Sequence record: PP069513
Origin: Escherichia phage BUCT-XGG-1
Reading direction: 5' to 3' (one strand)
DNA: 49,653 bases
Made by a program: the position numbers and the translations under genes. The notes under the pieces are model-generated. The model made no database searches. It saw nothing but the letters and a program-made list of their open reading frames with translations, and was not told the DNA's origin. How positions within the stretch are numbered: the first letter of the stretch is position 1; every line of letters starts with the position of its first letter. This document shows, in pieces, positions 8,110 through 17,452 of this stretch.

Positions 8110-8833
8110 TCCGTTTACGTGGTTTCTTACGGCTTACGCCAGGGCAAATATCAGCGACGCTAACATATGTAGTCTTCTGCGTTTCGCCTTCTTGCAGTTT
8201 TCGCATGACAAAAATCACGCTACCTTTATTGTTGCCATCGACAGGCTTTCCGGTCATTCCAGAGATAAAGGCTAAGCGCCCCGTCCGGCAATATTCGTTG
8301 CTGTCAATATCCACAATAATATCCGCCTCAATCCAGATGATTTCAGCCGCGTTGCGTCTGGCTTCGGCAAACCACGCCGTTGAGTTATCACCAGGAAGCA
8401 ACATATCAATCTGATTGTTGTGCTCCATTTGCTCGATCGCTTTCTTCACGAAAGGATCTGGATGTGAGTACGGCGGATTAAGCCAGATGTGCTTATTGCT
8501 ACCCCACCAGATTTTTAGGCAGTTCACCTTTTCGCTGTAGAACTTTTCGCAAACAGCATTGTTAGCGCTGGCGGCGGCGTCAATGTCATACTTCCCATAG
8601 CGCGATTCCATCCAGGAAATCACTTCTCGGTCGGTGGCCCACAGATCACGCACGGCGTCAGGTGTCTTGCTTCCGGCGTATCGGTTTCCAGTTACCTGAT
8701 AGAAGGTGTCCGGCTTAACCGCCTGGTAATGACCGTTGCCAGGAACAAGCGCATTGTTAACAAAGTTTTCACGCTCGATCTGTTCAAAGCTAACAAATGC
8801 GTCATTGGTATCTTTGTCATTTGAGTCAATCAT
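8102..8833 (-). CDS. dam: DNA N6-adenine methyltransferase (Dam-like)
   Basis: NPPY catalytic motif (IWLNPPYSHPD) typical of N6-adenine amino-methyltransferases. Confidence 0.75.
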   Translation of the reverse strand: MIDSNDKDTNDAFVSFEQIERENFVNNALVPGNGHYQAVKPDTFYQVTGNRYAGSKTPDAVRDLWATDREVISWMESRYGKYDIDAAASANNAVCEKFYSEKVNCLKIWWGSNKHIWLNPPYSHPDPFVKKAIEQMEHNNQIDMLLPGDNSTAWFAEARRNAAEIIWIEADIIVDIDSNEYCRTGRLAFISGMTGKPVDGNNKGSVIFVMRKLQEGETQKTTYVSVADICPGVSRKKPRKRSV

Positions 8834-8834
8834 C

Positions 8835-9107
8835 TTATTTAACCTCGGTAACTTTACAGTTATTTACGGCAACAAACCCACCTACGCTAACTTTGACCTG
8901 ACTTTCAGTCACGTTGTAAACTGCCTTCCCCAAGAAAGTTTGCAGTTCGTAGTGATCGCCTTCACGCTCAATAACAACGCCTTTATCTGAAACAATCTGC
9001 GATTTGGTTACTGTGAAGGATTCCTTGCCGCAATCGTAAAACTTGGTATCTTCTGCGCAACCTGCCATTGCCACAACTGCCAGTAAAGCGATGATTGATT
9101 TTTTCAT
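8835..9107 (-). CDS. lipoprotein (possible superinfection-exclusion type)
   Basis: Signal peptide with lipobox MAGC; small size; first gene after box promoter. Confidence 0.5.
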   Translation of the reverse strand: MKKSIIALLAVVAMAGCAEDTKFYDCGKESFTVTKSQIVSDKGVVIEREGDHYELQTFLGKAVYNVTESQVKVSVGGFVAVNNCKVTEVK

Positions 9108-9146
9108 TTTGATTTCCTTGGTTGGTTACTTCGTTTCGATGAGGTG

Positions 9147-9192
9147 ATAATACACCACCTCACCGATTCGTCTTTAGCAATTAGTGCTATTC
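9147..9192 (-). promoter_or_regulatory. box promoter candidate
   Basis: Box ATAGCACTAATTGCTAAA (9173-9192) supplying NSTNC-stop of 9174..9602; TATTAT at 9147-9152 (22-bp gap); leader CATCGAAACGAA. Confidence 0.5.
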
Positions 9193-9602
9193 AGCATATC
9201 AGCAACGGCTTTCTTGTATTCCTCCTGGCCGTACGCCACCGCCGCGAATCCGCCACGCTCTCGGACACGCCGGAGGAAATCTTTCTGCTCCTTACTGACT
9301 GGTGATGCCTTTCCTTTTCCGCTCTTATTGACGCGCTTTAATTCTATGGCTCCGAAAGGATATTTACCGAACGGACCTAGAAGGAATACAAAGTCACTAA
9401 CCCCCTTCAATAACCCGCTCTGAGCATCCTTTAACGCCGTGTGGATGTGCTTCTTGTTCTCATTAACGGCGTGCCAGAACAGCAAATCACCATGCCTAAC
9501 CTTCGTCCAAGTCACGCAATCTACTTGGTGCTTGCTTTCCGTCCATGTGTCAGATTTGTCTGGCGTGTAATATTCAATGTAATCTATTTTATCGGTTTTC
9601 AT
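9174..9602 (-). CDS. VRR-NUC domain nuclease
   Basis: GVSDFVF ... AIELKR pattern matching VRR-NUC PD-(D/E)xK core. Confidence 0.55.
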   Translation of the reverse strand: MKTDKIDYIEYYTPDKSDTWTESKHQVDCVTWTKVRHGDLLFWHAVNENKKHIHTALKDAQSGLLKGVSDFVFLLGPFGKYPFGAIELKRVNKSGKGKASPVSKEQKDFLRRVRERGGFAAVAYGQEEYKKAVADMLNSTNC

Positions 9603-10081
9603 TTTTTCGCTCCGTGGTTTTTATGGAACCCATTGGTTGACTCTGTAAGTTTTCTTGCTGAGATTGCATCGGCAAGTGACCTTCCTTCGTATAGGAATTT
9701 TTTCTTACCGCCAATCTGTATCTGTGCTACCCATGTCTTATTCCTTGACTTCCAGTTAACTCCTGTAACTCCGCTTTTGTTGTTTGAATACATCGACTTG
9801 TTAAGCATGTTATCGCCGCGACTAACAAGCCTTAAGTTTTCTATTCTATTATCAGTTCTTATGTGGTTTATGTGGTCAACCTCCATTCCGTTCGGCATTG
9901 GTCCGTTATGCATTACCCAAACTATGACGTGAGCGGGTTATGACTTCTTTTTGTACATGACTTTAATGTAACCTTCGCTGTCTATAGTGCCGGCTAAGTC
10001 TCCCTCATACACCTTTGCGCTGGGCTTTATAGCCCAGAATAATAATCCATTTTTATAATTCAGTATGTTATTAAAAATCAT
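9599..10081 (-). pseudogene. HNH-AP2 homing endonuclease interrupted by in-frame TAA
   Basis: ATG at 10081 (ATGA overlap with helicase stop) gives MIFNNILNYKNG...YKKKS then TAA at 9938-9940, then in frame PAHVIVWVMHNG...DHINHIRTDNRIENLRLV; full-length paralogs at 17492, 36060, 12801. Confidence 0.6.
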
Positions 10082-12180
10082 AAGTTACCGTCCAATCCGA
10101 AATCCTTACGTGAGATAATATCCTCACCTTTTGCATTCTTGCGGTGAGTTACCCGCACCGGATGTGCTATGTGGTGAGCGTTGTTTAAAATCATTTTCGC
10201 ACTTCTGTAAGCTGCCATTAATTTTGCGATCTTACTGTCATGCACGTGAGGTAATACCCCTTTTTGTTTCCATATCGTGTGGCATACCTGCGCCGTTGAC
10301 TGAGGGAAGAACTTCTCATACGCGATGAAATTAACTCCCACTGAGTCTGTTAGGTCGTAACGATAAAGAATACCAGTCTGATTGCGTGTCAGCGTTACTT
10401 CAAAACTGTTCACTGTGCACCAGTCGTTTTTGGTGTAAGCCTTACCAGTCAGATTATCATTTGGATCTTTCAGACTCACGTCACAGCAACGGCATATTCT
10501 CGCCACTACGTCATTCTCAGCGCCACATCCCTTAACGATAACCTCACCAGTGCGATCATCAACCTGATCCTCACAAATACGAGACTTCCAGAAATACTCA
10601 CAACGATTGCCGTTTTCGTCCCTGTGAATGCAGCGGCGGGCGTAAAAGCTGTTCTCGGTTCCGCACAGTTCACATTTTTTCGTCTCTTTCTTACCATCGA
10701 AGCGGCGCTGGTACTGAGCCTCTTCAAGAATCGGATCGAAGTAAAGCTGACCAAGCTCATCCATCGTGCCAGCGAAATCCCATACCAAGTGATCTTCTTT
10801 CACCATTCCCATCGCTTTTTGCCACGGCTTAAGCAATCGCATACCTCGACCAAGCAACTGTATTAGCAGGGTAAGTGAGCCGATCTTGCGCATGATTACC
10901 GAAAAATCCCAAAACGGAACGTTAACGCCAGTGGTTAGCGCTAACACCTGGAATATGTATTTGATCTCGCCACGGTTCGCCGCCTCCAGTATCGCTTGTC
11001 GTTTTTTGGTGTTCGTCTTCTCCGTGATGATCTCATAGGTAGCGTCAGGTGGCAGATAGCTCGCCGCCTCTTTGCAATGGCGCTGGCCTGAACACGTAAT
11101 CAGTACACCATTTCGCTTCTTCGCCTCTTCGACTACCATTCCCATTATTCGCTTGGTCATGCTGGCGTTATCATGGATTTTCTTCTCCATCGCCTTCATT
11201 TCTTTCTGACCGAAGTCAGCCGTTCCATCCTGACTGGACGCCTTAAACTCATCCAGATCATATCCAGCGTCACCGACACTTCCGAAGATTGTTGGAACAA
11301 CAGAGCCGAACTCAATCAGGTAGCTGGTGTCGATGTTAGTAACCTGCTCACGCCAGAATCCTGGAAGCTTAGGGTTATCGACAACAATTGGCGCTGTTCC
11401 TCTGAACTCCGAACCAGTCATGCCGAAGATGCGTAATTCCTTCCCGTTCTTCTCTTTGCAGCGGCGCATCAATTCAGTGATTATGATCGTGTACTGGCTT
11501 CGTTTTGTTCCAAGAACAGGCTCGCCAGTCTTCCGGCTTATCAGCAATTGCTTATCCATCACCTGAACGCCAACCTCTACGCCATCAAGGTATCCATTGA
11601 CATAACCTTCGCTGTTTTTCGGGTAGTCAACGAATACACGCTCATCCTTTTCAGTGAGCATCATTTCAATCGTCTCTTCGTTGTCGATGGCGGCGGCAAG
11701 GTCTTCCCAATCCACCTGGTGACATTCATCAATACCCAGCACCATAGGTGTAAAATCACCAAGCGCCTTAAACAGACCGTTCGCAACCGAACCTTCCGAA
11801 CCGACAACGATAGGGAAGTAAGCTGATTTTGTGTTCAGTCCAGCACAGTAAACTGAGTTAGGAACACCGAAGTTTGAGATCTCCTCACTATCCTGAGCGA
11901 CTATATCGCCCTGACGCGCCAGTATCATCATCGACAGGCCCATTTCTTTTACGCGCGATGCAATCATGGCAAAGCCGATCGTCTTACCTGCCGACACTGA
12001 CGCTTTAACGATGAATGGATGCTTATAGCGAGCAATGCGCTTGCCGATCTCGTCATACATTACGCACTGATACTCATAAGGAACCATGTCGCCAAATGTG
12101 AATTTATCCTGAATCTCTTTAATCTTTTGCGGGCCAAGTTCTTCTATCTGTTTTTTAATGGATTTAATGCGCATAGCCAT
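10078..12180 (-). CDS. SF2 DExH-box helicase with C-terminal Cys-rich region
   Basis: Walker A SAGKT, DECH box (GIDECHQ), C-terminal CxxC zinc-finger-like clusters. Confidence 0.8.
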   Translation of the reverse strand: MAMRIKSIKKQIEELGPQKIKEIQDKFTFGDMVPYEYQCVMYDEIGKRIARYKHPFIVKASVSAGKTIGFAMIASRVKEMGLSMMILARQGDIVAQDSEEISNFGVPNSVYCAGLNTKSAYFPIVVGSEGSVANGLFKALGDFTPMVLGIDECHQVDWEDLAAAIDNEETIEMMLTEKDERVFVDYPKNSEGYVNGYLDGVEVGVQVMDKQLLISRKTGEPVLGTKRSQYTIIITELMRRCKEKNGKELRIFGMTGSEFRGTAPIVVDNPKLPGFWREQVTNIDTSYLIEFGSVVPTIFGSVGDAGYDLDEFKASSQDGTADFGQKEMKAMEKKIHDNASMTKRIMGMVVEEAKKRNGVLITCSGQRHCKEAASYLPPDATYEIITEKTNTKKRQAILEAANRGEIKYIFQVLALTTGVNVPFWDFSVIMRKIGSLTLLIQLLGRGMRLLKPWQKAMGMVKEDHLVWDFAGTMDELGQLYFDPILEEAQYQRRFDGKKETKKCELCGTENSFYARRCIHRDENGNRCEYFWKSRICEDQVDDRTGEVIVKGCGAENDVVARICRCCDVSLKDPNDNLTGKAYTKNDWCTVNSFEVTLTRNQTGILYRYDLTDSVGVNFIAYEKFFPQSTAQVCHTIWKQKGVLPHVHDSKIAKLMAAYRSAKMILNNAHHIAHPVRVTHRKNAKGEDIISRKDFGLDGNL

Positions 12181-12217
12181 AGTATTAAATGCCTTTCATG
12201 TTCGTTCGATTGACGTT

Positions 12218-12261
12218 ATAATAACAACCATCGAAACCAATGTTTAACAAAAAGTGCTATT
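12218..12261 (-). promoter_or_regulatory. box promoter candidate (variant ATAGCACTTTTTGTTAAA)
   Basis: Box 12243-12260; TATTAT at 12218-12223 (21-bp gap); upstream of helicase operon. Confidence 0.45.
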
Positions 12262-12264
12262 GAG

Positions 12265-12747
12265 GTGATGAAAATGAATGCAAATGATAAGCGTACTCTT
12301 AACGGTAACAACGGAACTATCCGCACGGAAGATAAGAAGCAGCGCAAACGACCGTCAGGTTACTATGTTCTCAAGGATGAAGTAAAGGCCGGATTAAGAG
12401 CGCGACTTGATATTGTGTTTGAGTTCTACGGCAGCAAGGCGAACATGGCGAAGCAATTAAAAGTTACTCGACAGGCAGTTGAGGAATGGTTTAAGCGTGG
12501 GATGATGTCGGCGCGCGGTGCTCAACTGGCGCACAACCGATATAAGCGAACTGGCGAAGGGTTCCGCGCTACATTCTGCCGACCAGACTTGCAATTCGAC
12601 GGGAACGGTAAGCCGTTAACGCTGCGTTGCAAAAAGCGTCACATGTTGCGCGTCGTCACCGAGGCTGAACTAGCCACTAAGCCTGAATGTCGCTCATGGC
12701 GAAAAATTAAAGCAGCAAACGAAGCAGCACGGAAAGCTAAAGAATAA
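12265..12747 (+). CDS. HTH DNA-binding protein (Cro/YdaS-like)
   Basis: Segment GSKANMAKQLKVTRQAVEEWF fits an HTH; basic protein; divergent from helicase operon. Confidence 0.45.
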   Translation: MMKMNANDKRTLNGNNGTIRTEDKKQRKRPSGYYVLKDEVKAGLRARLDIVFEFYGSKANMAKQLKVTRQAVEEWFKRGMMSARGAQLAHNRYKRTGEGFRATFCRPDLQFDGNGKPLTLRCKKRHMLRVVTEAELATKPECRSWRKIKAANEAARKAKE

Positions 12748-12754
12748 CAATCAA

Positions 12755-12787
12755 GGTTGTGCCATAATTGGTGCAACCTTTTTTTAT
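12755..12787 (+). terminator. intrinsic terminator
   Basis: GGTTGTGCCA TAAT TGGTGCAACC (two G.U pairs) followed by T7. Confidence 0.5.
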
Positions 12788-12800
12788 TGGAGTAAATACA

Positions 12801-13247
12801 GTGAAGATATTAAGATTTTTGTATCTATATAAAGATGGTAATTTAATTCGATGCTACAGGGCTGGGAGGCACGCGCCTGGAGAAGTAGCAGGCACTGCTC
12901 ATATCTCAGGTTACATTCATGTTGGCGTGCTAGGGAAAATAATGAAAGCGCATAGGGTTTCATGGTGGATAAACTATGGCTTCATACCTGATCATTTGCA
13001 TATAGACCACAAAAATCACATTAGGAGTGATAACAGAATAGAAAACCTTGAATTGAAAAGTAACGCCGAGAATCACAAAAACATGTCTATATATAAAAAC
13101 AATAAGAGTGGAACTCATGGCGTTAGATGGAATAGAAAATTCTCAAGGTGGGACGTAAACATCGTAGTTAATGGCAAAAAGTGCTACGTTGGAGTTTTCA
13201 AGTCTCTTTCTGCCGCAGTAGATGCTAAGATTAAAGCAGAAATATAA
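12801..13247 (+). CDS. HNH-AP2 homing endonuclease
   Basis: GTG start after GGAG RBS; HxxH..N..H HNH core (HIDHKNHIRSDNRIENL) and AP2-like tail; start moved downstream of terminator. Confidence 0.7.
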   Translation: MKILRFLYLYKDGNLIRCYRAGRHAPGEVAGTAHISGYIHVGVLGKIMKAHRVSWWINYGFIPDHLHIDHKNHIRSDNRIENLELKSNAENHKNMSIYKNNKSGTHGVRWNRKFSRWDVNIVVNGKKCYVGVFKSLSAAVDAKIKAEI

Positions 13248-13273
13248 AATAAATTTCATAGGAATCATGGAAA

Positions 13274-14218
13274 ATGAATGAGCCAAATTACCAGAAAGAA
13301 GAAGTGCTGCCGTATATGAAGGGATTATGGCGTGAAGCGTTACAATCCATTTGTGGCTTGCAGTCCGGCGTGTTCAATAAGAAGCACCAACCATGCCCTT
13401 ACTGCGGCGGCAAGGATAGATTCCGGTGGACTGACGAACTAGACTCCCCTGGTGACGGCGGCGCGATCTGTAACGGATGTGGTAACGATAAAGGCGTCGG
13501 CTGGATGATGAAACTGACTGGTGAGCCTTACAGTGAAGTGATTAACATCCTTGGTCGATTCCTTAGTAAAGTTCCGCAGGATTACAAAGCTAAGGCTTAC
13601 CGCAGGGCGTCTCGCGTACCGGAGAAAGGCCTTGGCAAGATGGCGGATCATGAGTCGTGCGTATCTGTAATGGAACGCACAGAAAAGCGCGAGAGCACCG
13701 ATTTAAGCGTGTATGAGTGCCTAACCGAAGATTCATATGATGTTGGCGTAAAAGTGCGTCAGAATGGCACTGAGGAGCTAATACACGCACTACCGTGCTA
13801 CATGGTCCACCATGACGGAATTGATGAGGATATGTGTAACGTCATGTTTGCTTATGATAATGGCGAATACACTTTCCTTGCGCGTGATTATTCTCGCGGC
13901 TCAGTGGTTAAACTGGGGGGTGGCGAGGATGATGCAGCTATATATATGACAAGCGATCTGATTGATGGTTATCGTGTGAAGATGGCGACCAGTCAGGAAG
14001 TGTGGGTGACTTTCTCCCCTGAGAATCTTGAGATTGTTGCTTATCGGTATCGTGGCGAACGTGAATTGCGCGTAGCGTGTCCTGCTGATGATTTGCGAAC
14101 GCTTTACATGGCAGATGAACGTGATTTAAAAGTTGTAGTGCCGAACGGAGGAAACTTCAAAATGGGCCTTGAGCGAAAGTTATATACGCCGCAGGATCTG
14201 ATAGATAAGTATTCATAA
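13274..14218 (+). CDS. DNA primase-like protein with zinc-ribbon
   Basis: CPYCGGKDRFRW ... CNGCG zinc-binding motif typical of phage primase N-termini. Confidence 0.6.
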   Translation: MNEPNYQKEEVLPYMKGLWREALQSICGLQSGVFNKKHQPCPYCGGKDRFRWTDELDSPGDGGAICNGCGNDKGVGWMMKLTGEPYSEVINILGRFLSKVPQDYKAKAYRRASRVPEKGLGKMADHESCVSVMERTEKRESTDLSVYECLTEDSYDVGVKVRQNGTEELIHALPCYMVHHDGIDEDMCNVMFAYDNGEYTFLARDYSRGSVVKLGGGEDDAAIYMTSDLIDGYRVKMATSQEVWVTFSPENLEIVAYRYRGERELRVACPADDLRTLYMADERDLKVVVPNGGNFKMGLERKLYTPQDLIDKYS

Positions 14219-14224
14219 CAATTA

Positions 14225-14245
14225 CCCGCTACGGCGGGTTTTTTT
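14225..14245 (+). terminator. intrinsic terminator
   Basis: CCCGC TACG GCGGG followed by T7. Confidence 0.65.
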
Positions 14246-14270
14246 ATGCCTGACGTAATGCTACAATGTG

Positions 14271-14289
14271 TTTTAGCAATTAGTGCTAT
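14271..14289 (-). promoter_or_regulatory. orphan box copy in inverted orientation
   Basis: TTTTAGCAATTAGTGCTAT on plus strand; no -10 at the usual spacing in the box orientation; sits 22 nt upstream of tail fibre ATG. Confidence 0.4.
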
Positions 14290-14312
14290 CCATAAAAAAA
14301 GAGGTTTACATT

Positions 14313-16232
14313 ATGGCAATTTACAGAACTGGTACTGCCTCGCTGGCTGCAAACGGCGTGGTAATTGGTGTAGGGACAAAGTGGCAGGACAAGTTATCTC
14401 TGATCCGTGTCGGAGCTACGATCATGTTTCCAACCGTAGTTGGGGCTATTGGCACTATCTCGGCAATAGTTAGCGATACAGAATTGCGAGTTATGACGAC
14501 GAACGGCTCTGTAGTTCCTGCCGGATCTCAATACGTCATCCTGCTTCACGATTCAATTACGGTTGATGGCTTGGCCCAGGACGTAGCGGAAACACTGCGA
14601 TACTACCAAAGCAAAGAAACTGAGGTTGCCGAAGCGATTGACTTCTTCAAAACGTTCGATTGGGAGCAATTCAAGGTTGTTGCTGACAATGTTACGGCTG
14701 ATGCAGCGGCGGCTAACGCAAGTAAGAACGCAGCGGCGGCATCTCAGACTGCGGCTAAGACGTCAGAGAATAACGCTAAGAATTACGCCGATAGCATTAA
14801 CCCGTCTCTTTTGCTGGCTAAAAACCAGAACCTTGCAGATCTTGCTAACAAGGATACGGCAAGATCTAACATTGGTCTTGATCGATTCTTCCAGCTCATT
14901 GGCGCTGGCGAAACTCGAGTAAAAAGCGGAGATGCTTCAAAATGGGTGTTTGTTAAAGATAACGGTGATTGGGGATGTTGGGATTCTACAACAAGCAAAG
15001 CTAAAGCGCTTGCGTTGCCATTTGGCGGAACTGGCGCGAGTGACGCGGCAGGTGCGCGGACTAACTTTGATGTTTACAGCAAGGAGGAATCACTTGACGC
15101 AGTTGGCATTGGAGCATCGCCAAGGCATATTGCAGACATGGCTGATATTCCGAAAGGGTTTGCTCGAATTGTAGACGGATCAACAACTGGAGGGATTAGC
15201 GGATTCACTGGTGCTGGTTGGATTGCTCAGGTTGACGGATCGCAAAGTTATGCTGGGATGTTTGTACAGCCTGACGGTAACAGGGTTTTTGCTGGGGGGC
15301 AAAACATTGGTTCGTCATGGTCGTGGCATGAAATCCCAACACTTGACAGAAACAACCAATTTAAGGGTGACATTGAAATACTTAGAGAGTGGCCAGGGCT
15401 TAGGTTGTCAGTTGCATCCGCTGCGCAAGATGATATTGGCGGACAAATACATGTAGAGAACAACGGAAAGAGTAGTCTAAACATTTACTTCACTAGGAAG
15501 GATGGAAATACTGACGGAAGGAGCAAAATAGCAATAGAAAGACCACCTAGCGAGGTGCTGCTTTTTATGGGCATGAATGGTGGGCTGGCTCCTAATGGCA
15601 CTAATGATTACTTATTTTCTGGTAACAATTTCAACGTTCAGCCTCAAGGTTGGCGTAATGTTGGTGGCCCATACACTAACGGACCAACATCCGGAAGTGT
15701 TTATGGCTCTTTGTTCACTCAGTGCACGCAAGGTTTATACTTGGGGAACTCTCCTGATGTTAACCCTAATCAAGTGTGGTGGCAGCAAAGGTTCTTTGAT
15801 ACAAATAACAGGATCTTTACAAGGGTTAACACCAACAAAGGAGCTTGGGGAGGGTGGGCTCAGTTAACGACAAGCGCCGTGTCTGATGAGCGACTCAAGA
15901 ATGTACTGGGTAGTTTGAACGTAGAAGGCGCACTGGACAACATCAACCGGATGGAGTTCAAACTTTTTAAATTCAAAGAGGAACAGGTAGAGGGCAAGGA
16001 ACCTACGTTACGACGTGGTGTTATTTCTCAGCAATTGAGATTGATTGACAAGGAATACACCAAGGAAATTGGCGGTTATTATCACCTTGACCAAACTCCG
16101 ATGCTTCTTGATGGCCTTGCTGCAATTAAGGCATTAAGAGAAAGGGATGAGGATAACAAAGTGAGAATTGCAAAACTTGAATCTGATATTGAGGAATTGA
16201 AGGCGATGGTTTTAGCATTGAGTAGCAAATAA
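14313..16232 (+). CDS. tail fibre with C-terminal intramolecular chaperone (peptidase S74-like)
   Basis: C-terminal AVSDERLKNVLG motif of self-cleaving chaperone domains; Ala-rich shaft; start at ATG 14313 after AAAGAGG RBS. Confidence 0.8.
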   Translation: MAIYRTGTASLAANGVVIGVGTKWQDKLSLIRVGATIMFPTVVGAIGTISAIVSDTELRVMTTNGSVVPAGSQYVILLHDSITVDGLAQDVAETLRYYQSKETEVAEAIDFFKTFDWEQFKVVADNVTADAAAANASKNAAAASQTAAKTSENNAKNYADSINPSLLLAKNQNLADLANKDTARSNIGLDRFFQLIGAGETRVKSGDASKWVFVKDNGDWGCWDSTTSKAKALALPFGGTGASDAAGARTNFDVYSKEESLDAVGIGASPRHIADMADIPKGFARIVDGSTTGGISGFTGAGWIAQVDGSQSYAGMFVQPDGNRVFAGGQNIGSSWSWHEIPTLDRNNQFKGDIEILREWPGLRLSVASAAQDDIGGQIHVENNGKSSLNIYFTRKDGNTDGRSKIAIERPPSEVLLFMGMNGGLAPNGTNDYLFSGNNFNVQPQGWRNVGGPYTNGPTSGSVYGSLFTQCTQGLYLGNSPDVNPNQVWWQQRFFDTNNRIFTRVNTNKGAWGGWAQLTTSAVSDERLKNVLGSLNVEGALDNINRMEFKLFKFKEEQVEGKEPTLRRGVISQQLRLIDKEYTKEIGGYYHLDQTPMLLDGLAAIKALRERDEDNKVRIAKLESDIEELKAMVLALSSK

Positions 16233-16263
16233 AAAAAGGAGCCGCAAGGCTCCTTATTTGTTT
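16231..16263. terminator. bidirectional intrinsic terminator
   Basis: A7 GGAGCC GCAA GGCTCC T-rich, between convergent tail fibre and SSB genes. Confidence 0.65.
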
Positions 16264-16268
16264 ACCAA

Positions 16269-16718
16269 TCAGAATGGGATGTCATCATCGAACTGGTTTT
16301 GCTGCTGCGGTTGCTGCTGCTGGCGTTGTTGCTGCTGAGGCTGCTGACGTTGTTGCTGCTGGCCTTGGCCCTGCTGTGATGGCTCACGCTGGCTGAATTG
16401 CAACTGAGGCCGGATCATCTCTGCGGTTACATAAACAGTGCCGTCATTACCCTGGCGTGACGCCAAGTGAAGCGTGTCGGCAGAAATTGATACAATCTTA
16501 CCTTCCTTGAACGCTTCATCATACCACTGCATAACGTTTTCTTTTGCGAAGAACGTAGCGCGGTAGTTACTGTAAACCGTCTCATCCTCGCCCTGTTGAT
16601 TGCGAATCTTCATGCGTTCTGACAGTTCGACGGCGTACATTTTCCAGCGCCCGTTGTTGTTGCTGCCTTCTTTGGTAAATGGTGCTTTTCGGATCTGACC
16701 AGTGATTACGTGTGGCAT
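16269..16718 (-). CDS. ssb: single-stranded DNA-binding protein
   Basis: Gln/Pro-rich linker and acidic C-terminal tip DDDIPF characteristic of bacterial-type SSB. Confidence 0.85.
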   Translation of the reverse strand: MPHVITGQIRKAPFTKEGSNNNGRWKMYAVELSERMKIRNQQGEDETVYSNYRATFFAKENVMQWYDEAFKEGKIVSISADTLHLASRQGNDGTVYVTAEMIRPQLQFSQREPSQQGQGQQQQRQQPQQQQRQQQQPQQQNQFDDDIPF

Positions 16719-16758
16719 TGTATATTTTCCTTTTTGGATGTGGCCGAAGCCACTTTAA

Positions 16759-17415
16759 TTAGAATTGCTCGATGGATTCAGATTGTACAGGTTCGGACGG
16801 TGCATTTGCAACCTTGTCTTCAACCTTTTGAGTATCTGCCTTTTTCGCTGGCTGGAAACCGCGAGCGTTACCGATACTCAGTTCAGCCTTGCGCTTCTGC
16901 AAGTGGTCTTCTGCAATCTTCCATTCCGCCGCGCCAAGCGAACCTTTCGCGCTCTTATAGATCACCTGGAGGTCTTCCAGTTTTTCACAGTTGGTGATAA
17001 GTTTTTTGTAGTCCGCTGCCGTGCGCTTCGCGATTTCAGCGTCGTCATCGCTCTGAGTGATTCCAAGCGCTGCGCACAATGCGTAACGGCGACCGTATGA
17101 GGTTGTTGAGCCGTAAGCCTGGGCGCTAATCTTCTCGATCGGCATATTGTACTGGAACGCAAGCCACTCGCCGGAGCTGTGAAGTATGAGTGTCTCAATG
17201 TGCATTACCTTCTCGGTTGACGTGTCAAGATTTGACTGGATAACCATAAGGTCATGCTCTTTTAGTGCTGGCTCAACAGCCTCCAGAACGTCCGTCAGGT
17301 TTGAGTAATGGTTTTTCAGGTGAGTGTTAAATCCTGATTTTTTTGCGATAGCAAACTGCTTTTTAGCTGCAATTAGAGCGGCTGAAACATTCGAAAACTT
17401 CTCTGATGTACGCAT
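16759..17415 (-). CDS. Erf-family single-strand annealing protein
   Basis: GSTTSYGRRYAL-type motif of ERF recombinases; next to exonuclease and SSB. Confidence 0.7.
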   Translation of the reverse strand: MRTSEKFSNVSAALIAAKKQFAIAKKSGFNTHLKNHYSNLTDVLEAVEPALKEHDLMVIQSNLDTSTEKVMHIETLILHSSGEWLAFQYNMPIEKISAQAYGSTTSYGRRYALCAALGITQSDDDAEIAKRTAADYKKLITNCEKLEDLQVIYKSAKGSLGAAEWKIAEDHLQKRKAELSIGNARGFQPAKKADTQKVEDKVANAPSEPVQSESIEQF

Positions 17416-17452
17416 TATATATACCTTTGTTTACTTTGTTTGATTTACGGTG

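Noticed and set aside
9441-9932. 163-aa plus-strand ORF
   Set aside because: Antisense to the HNH-AP2 gene, whose translation matches three paralogs; the plus ORF is a shadow frame.
10131-11826. Several 60-90-aa plus-strand ORFs inside the helicase gene
   Set aside because: All are antisense to a 700-aa ORF with clear helicase motifs; no independent support.
16300-16400. CAG/CAA-rich repetitive DNA resembling a microsatellite
   Set aside because: It encodes the Gln/Pro-rich flexible linker of SSB before the acidic tip; not an independent repeat element or CRISPR array.
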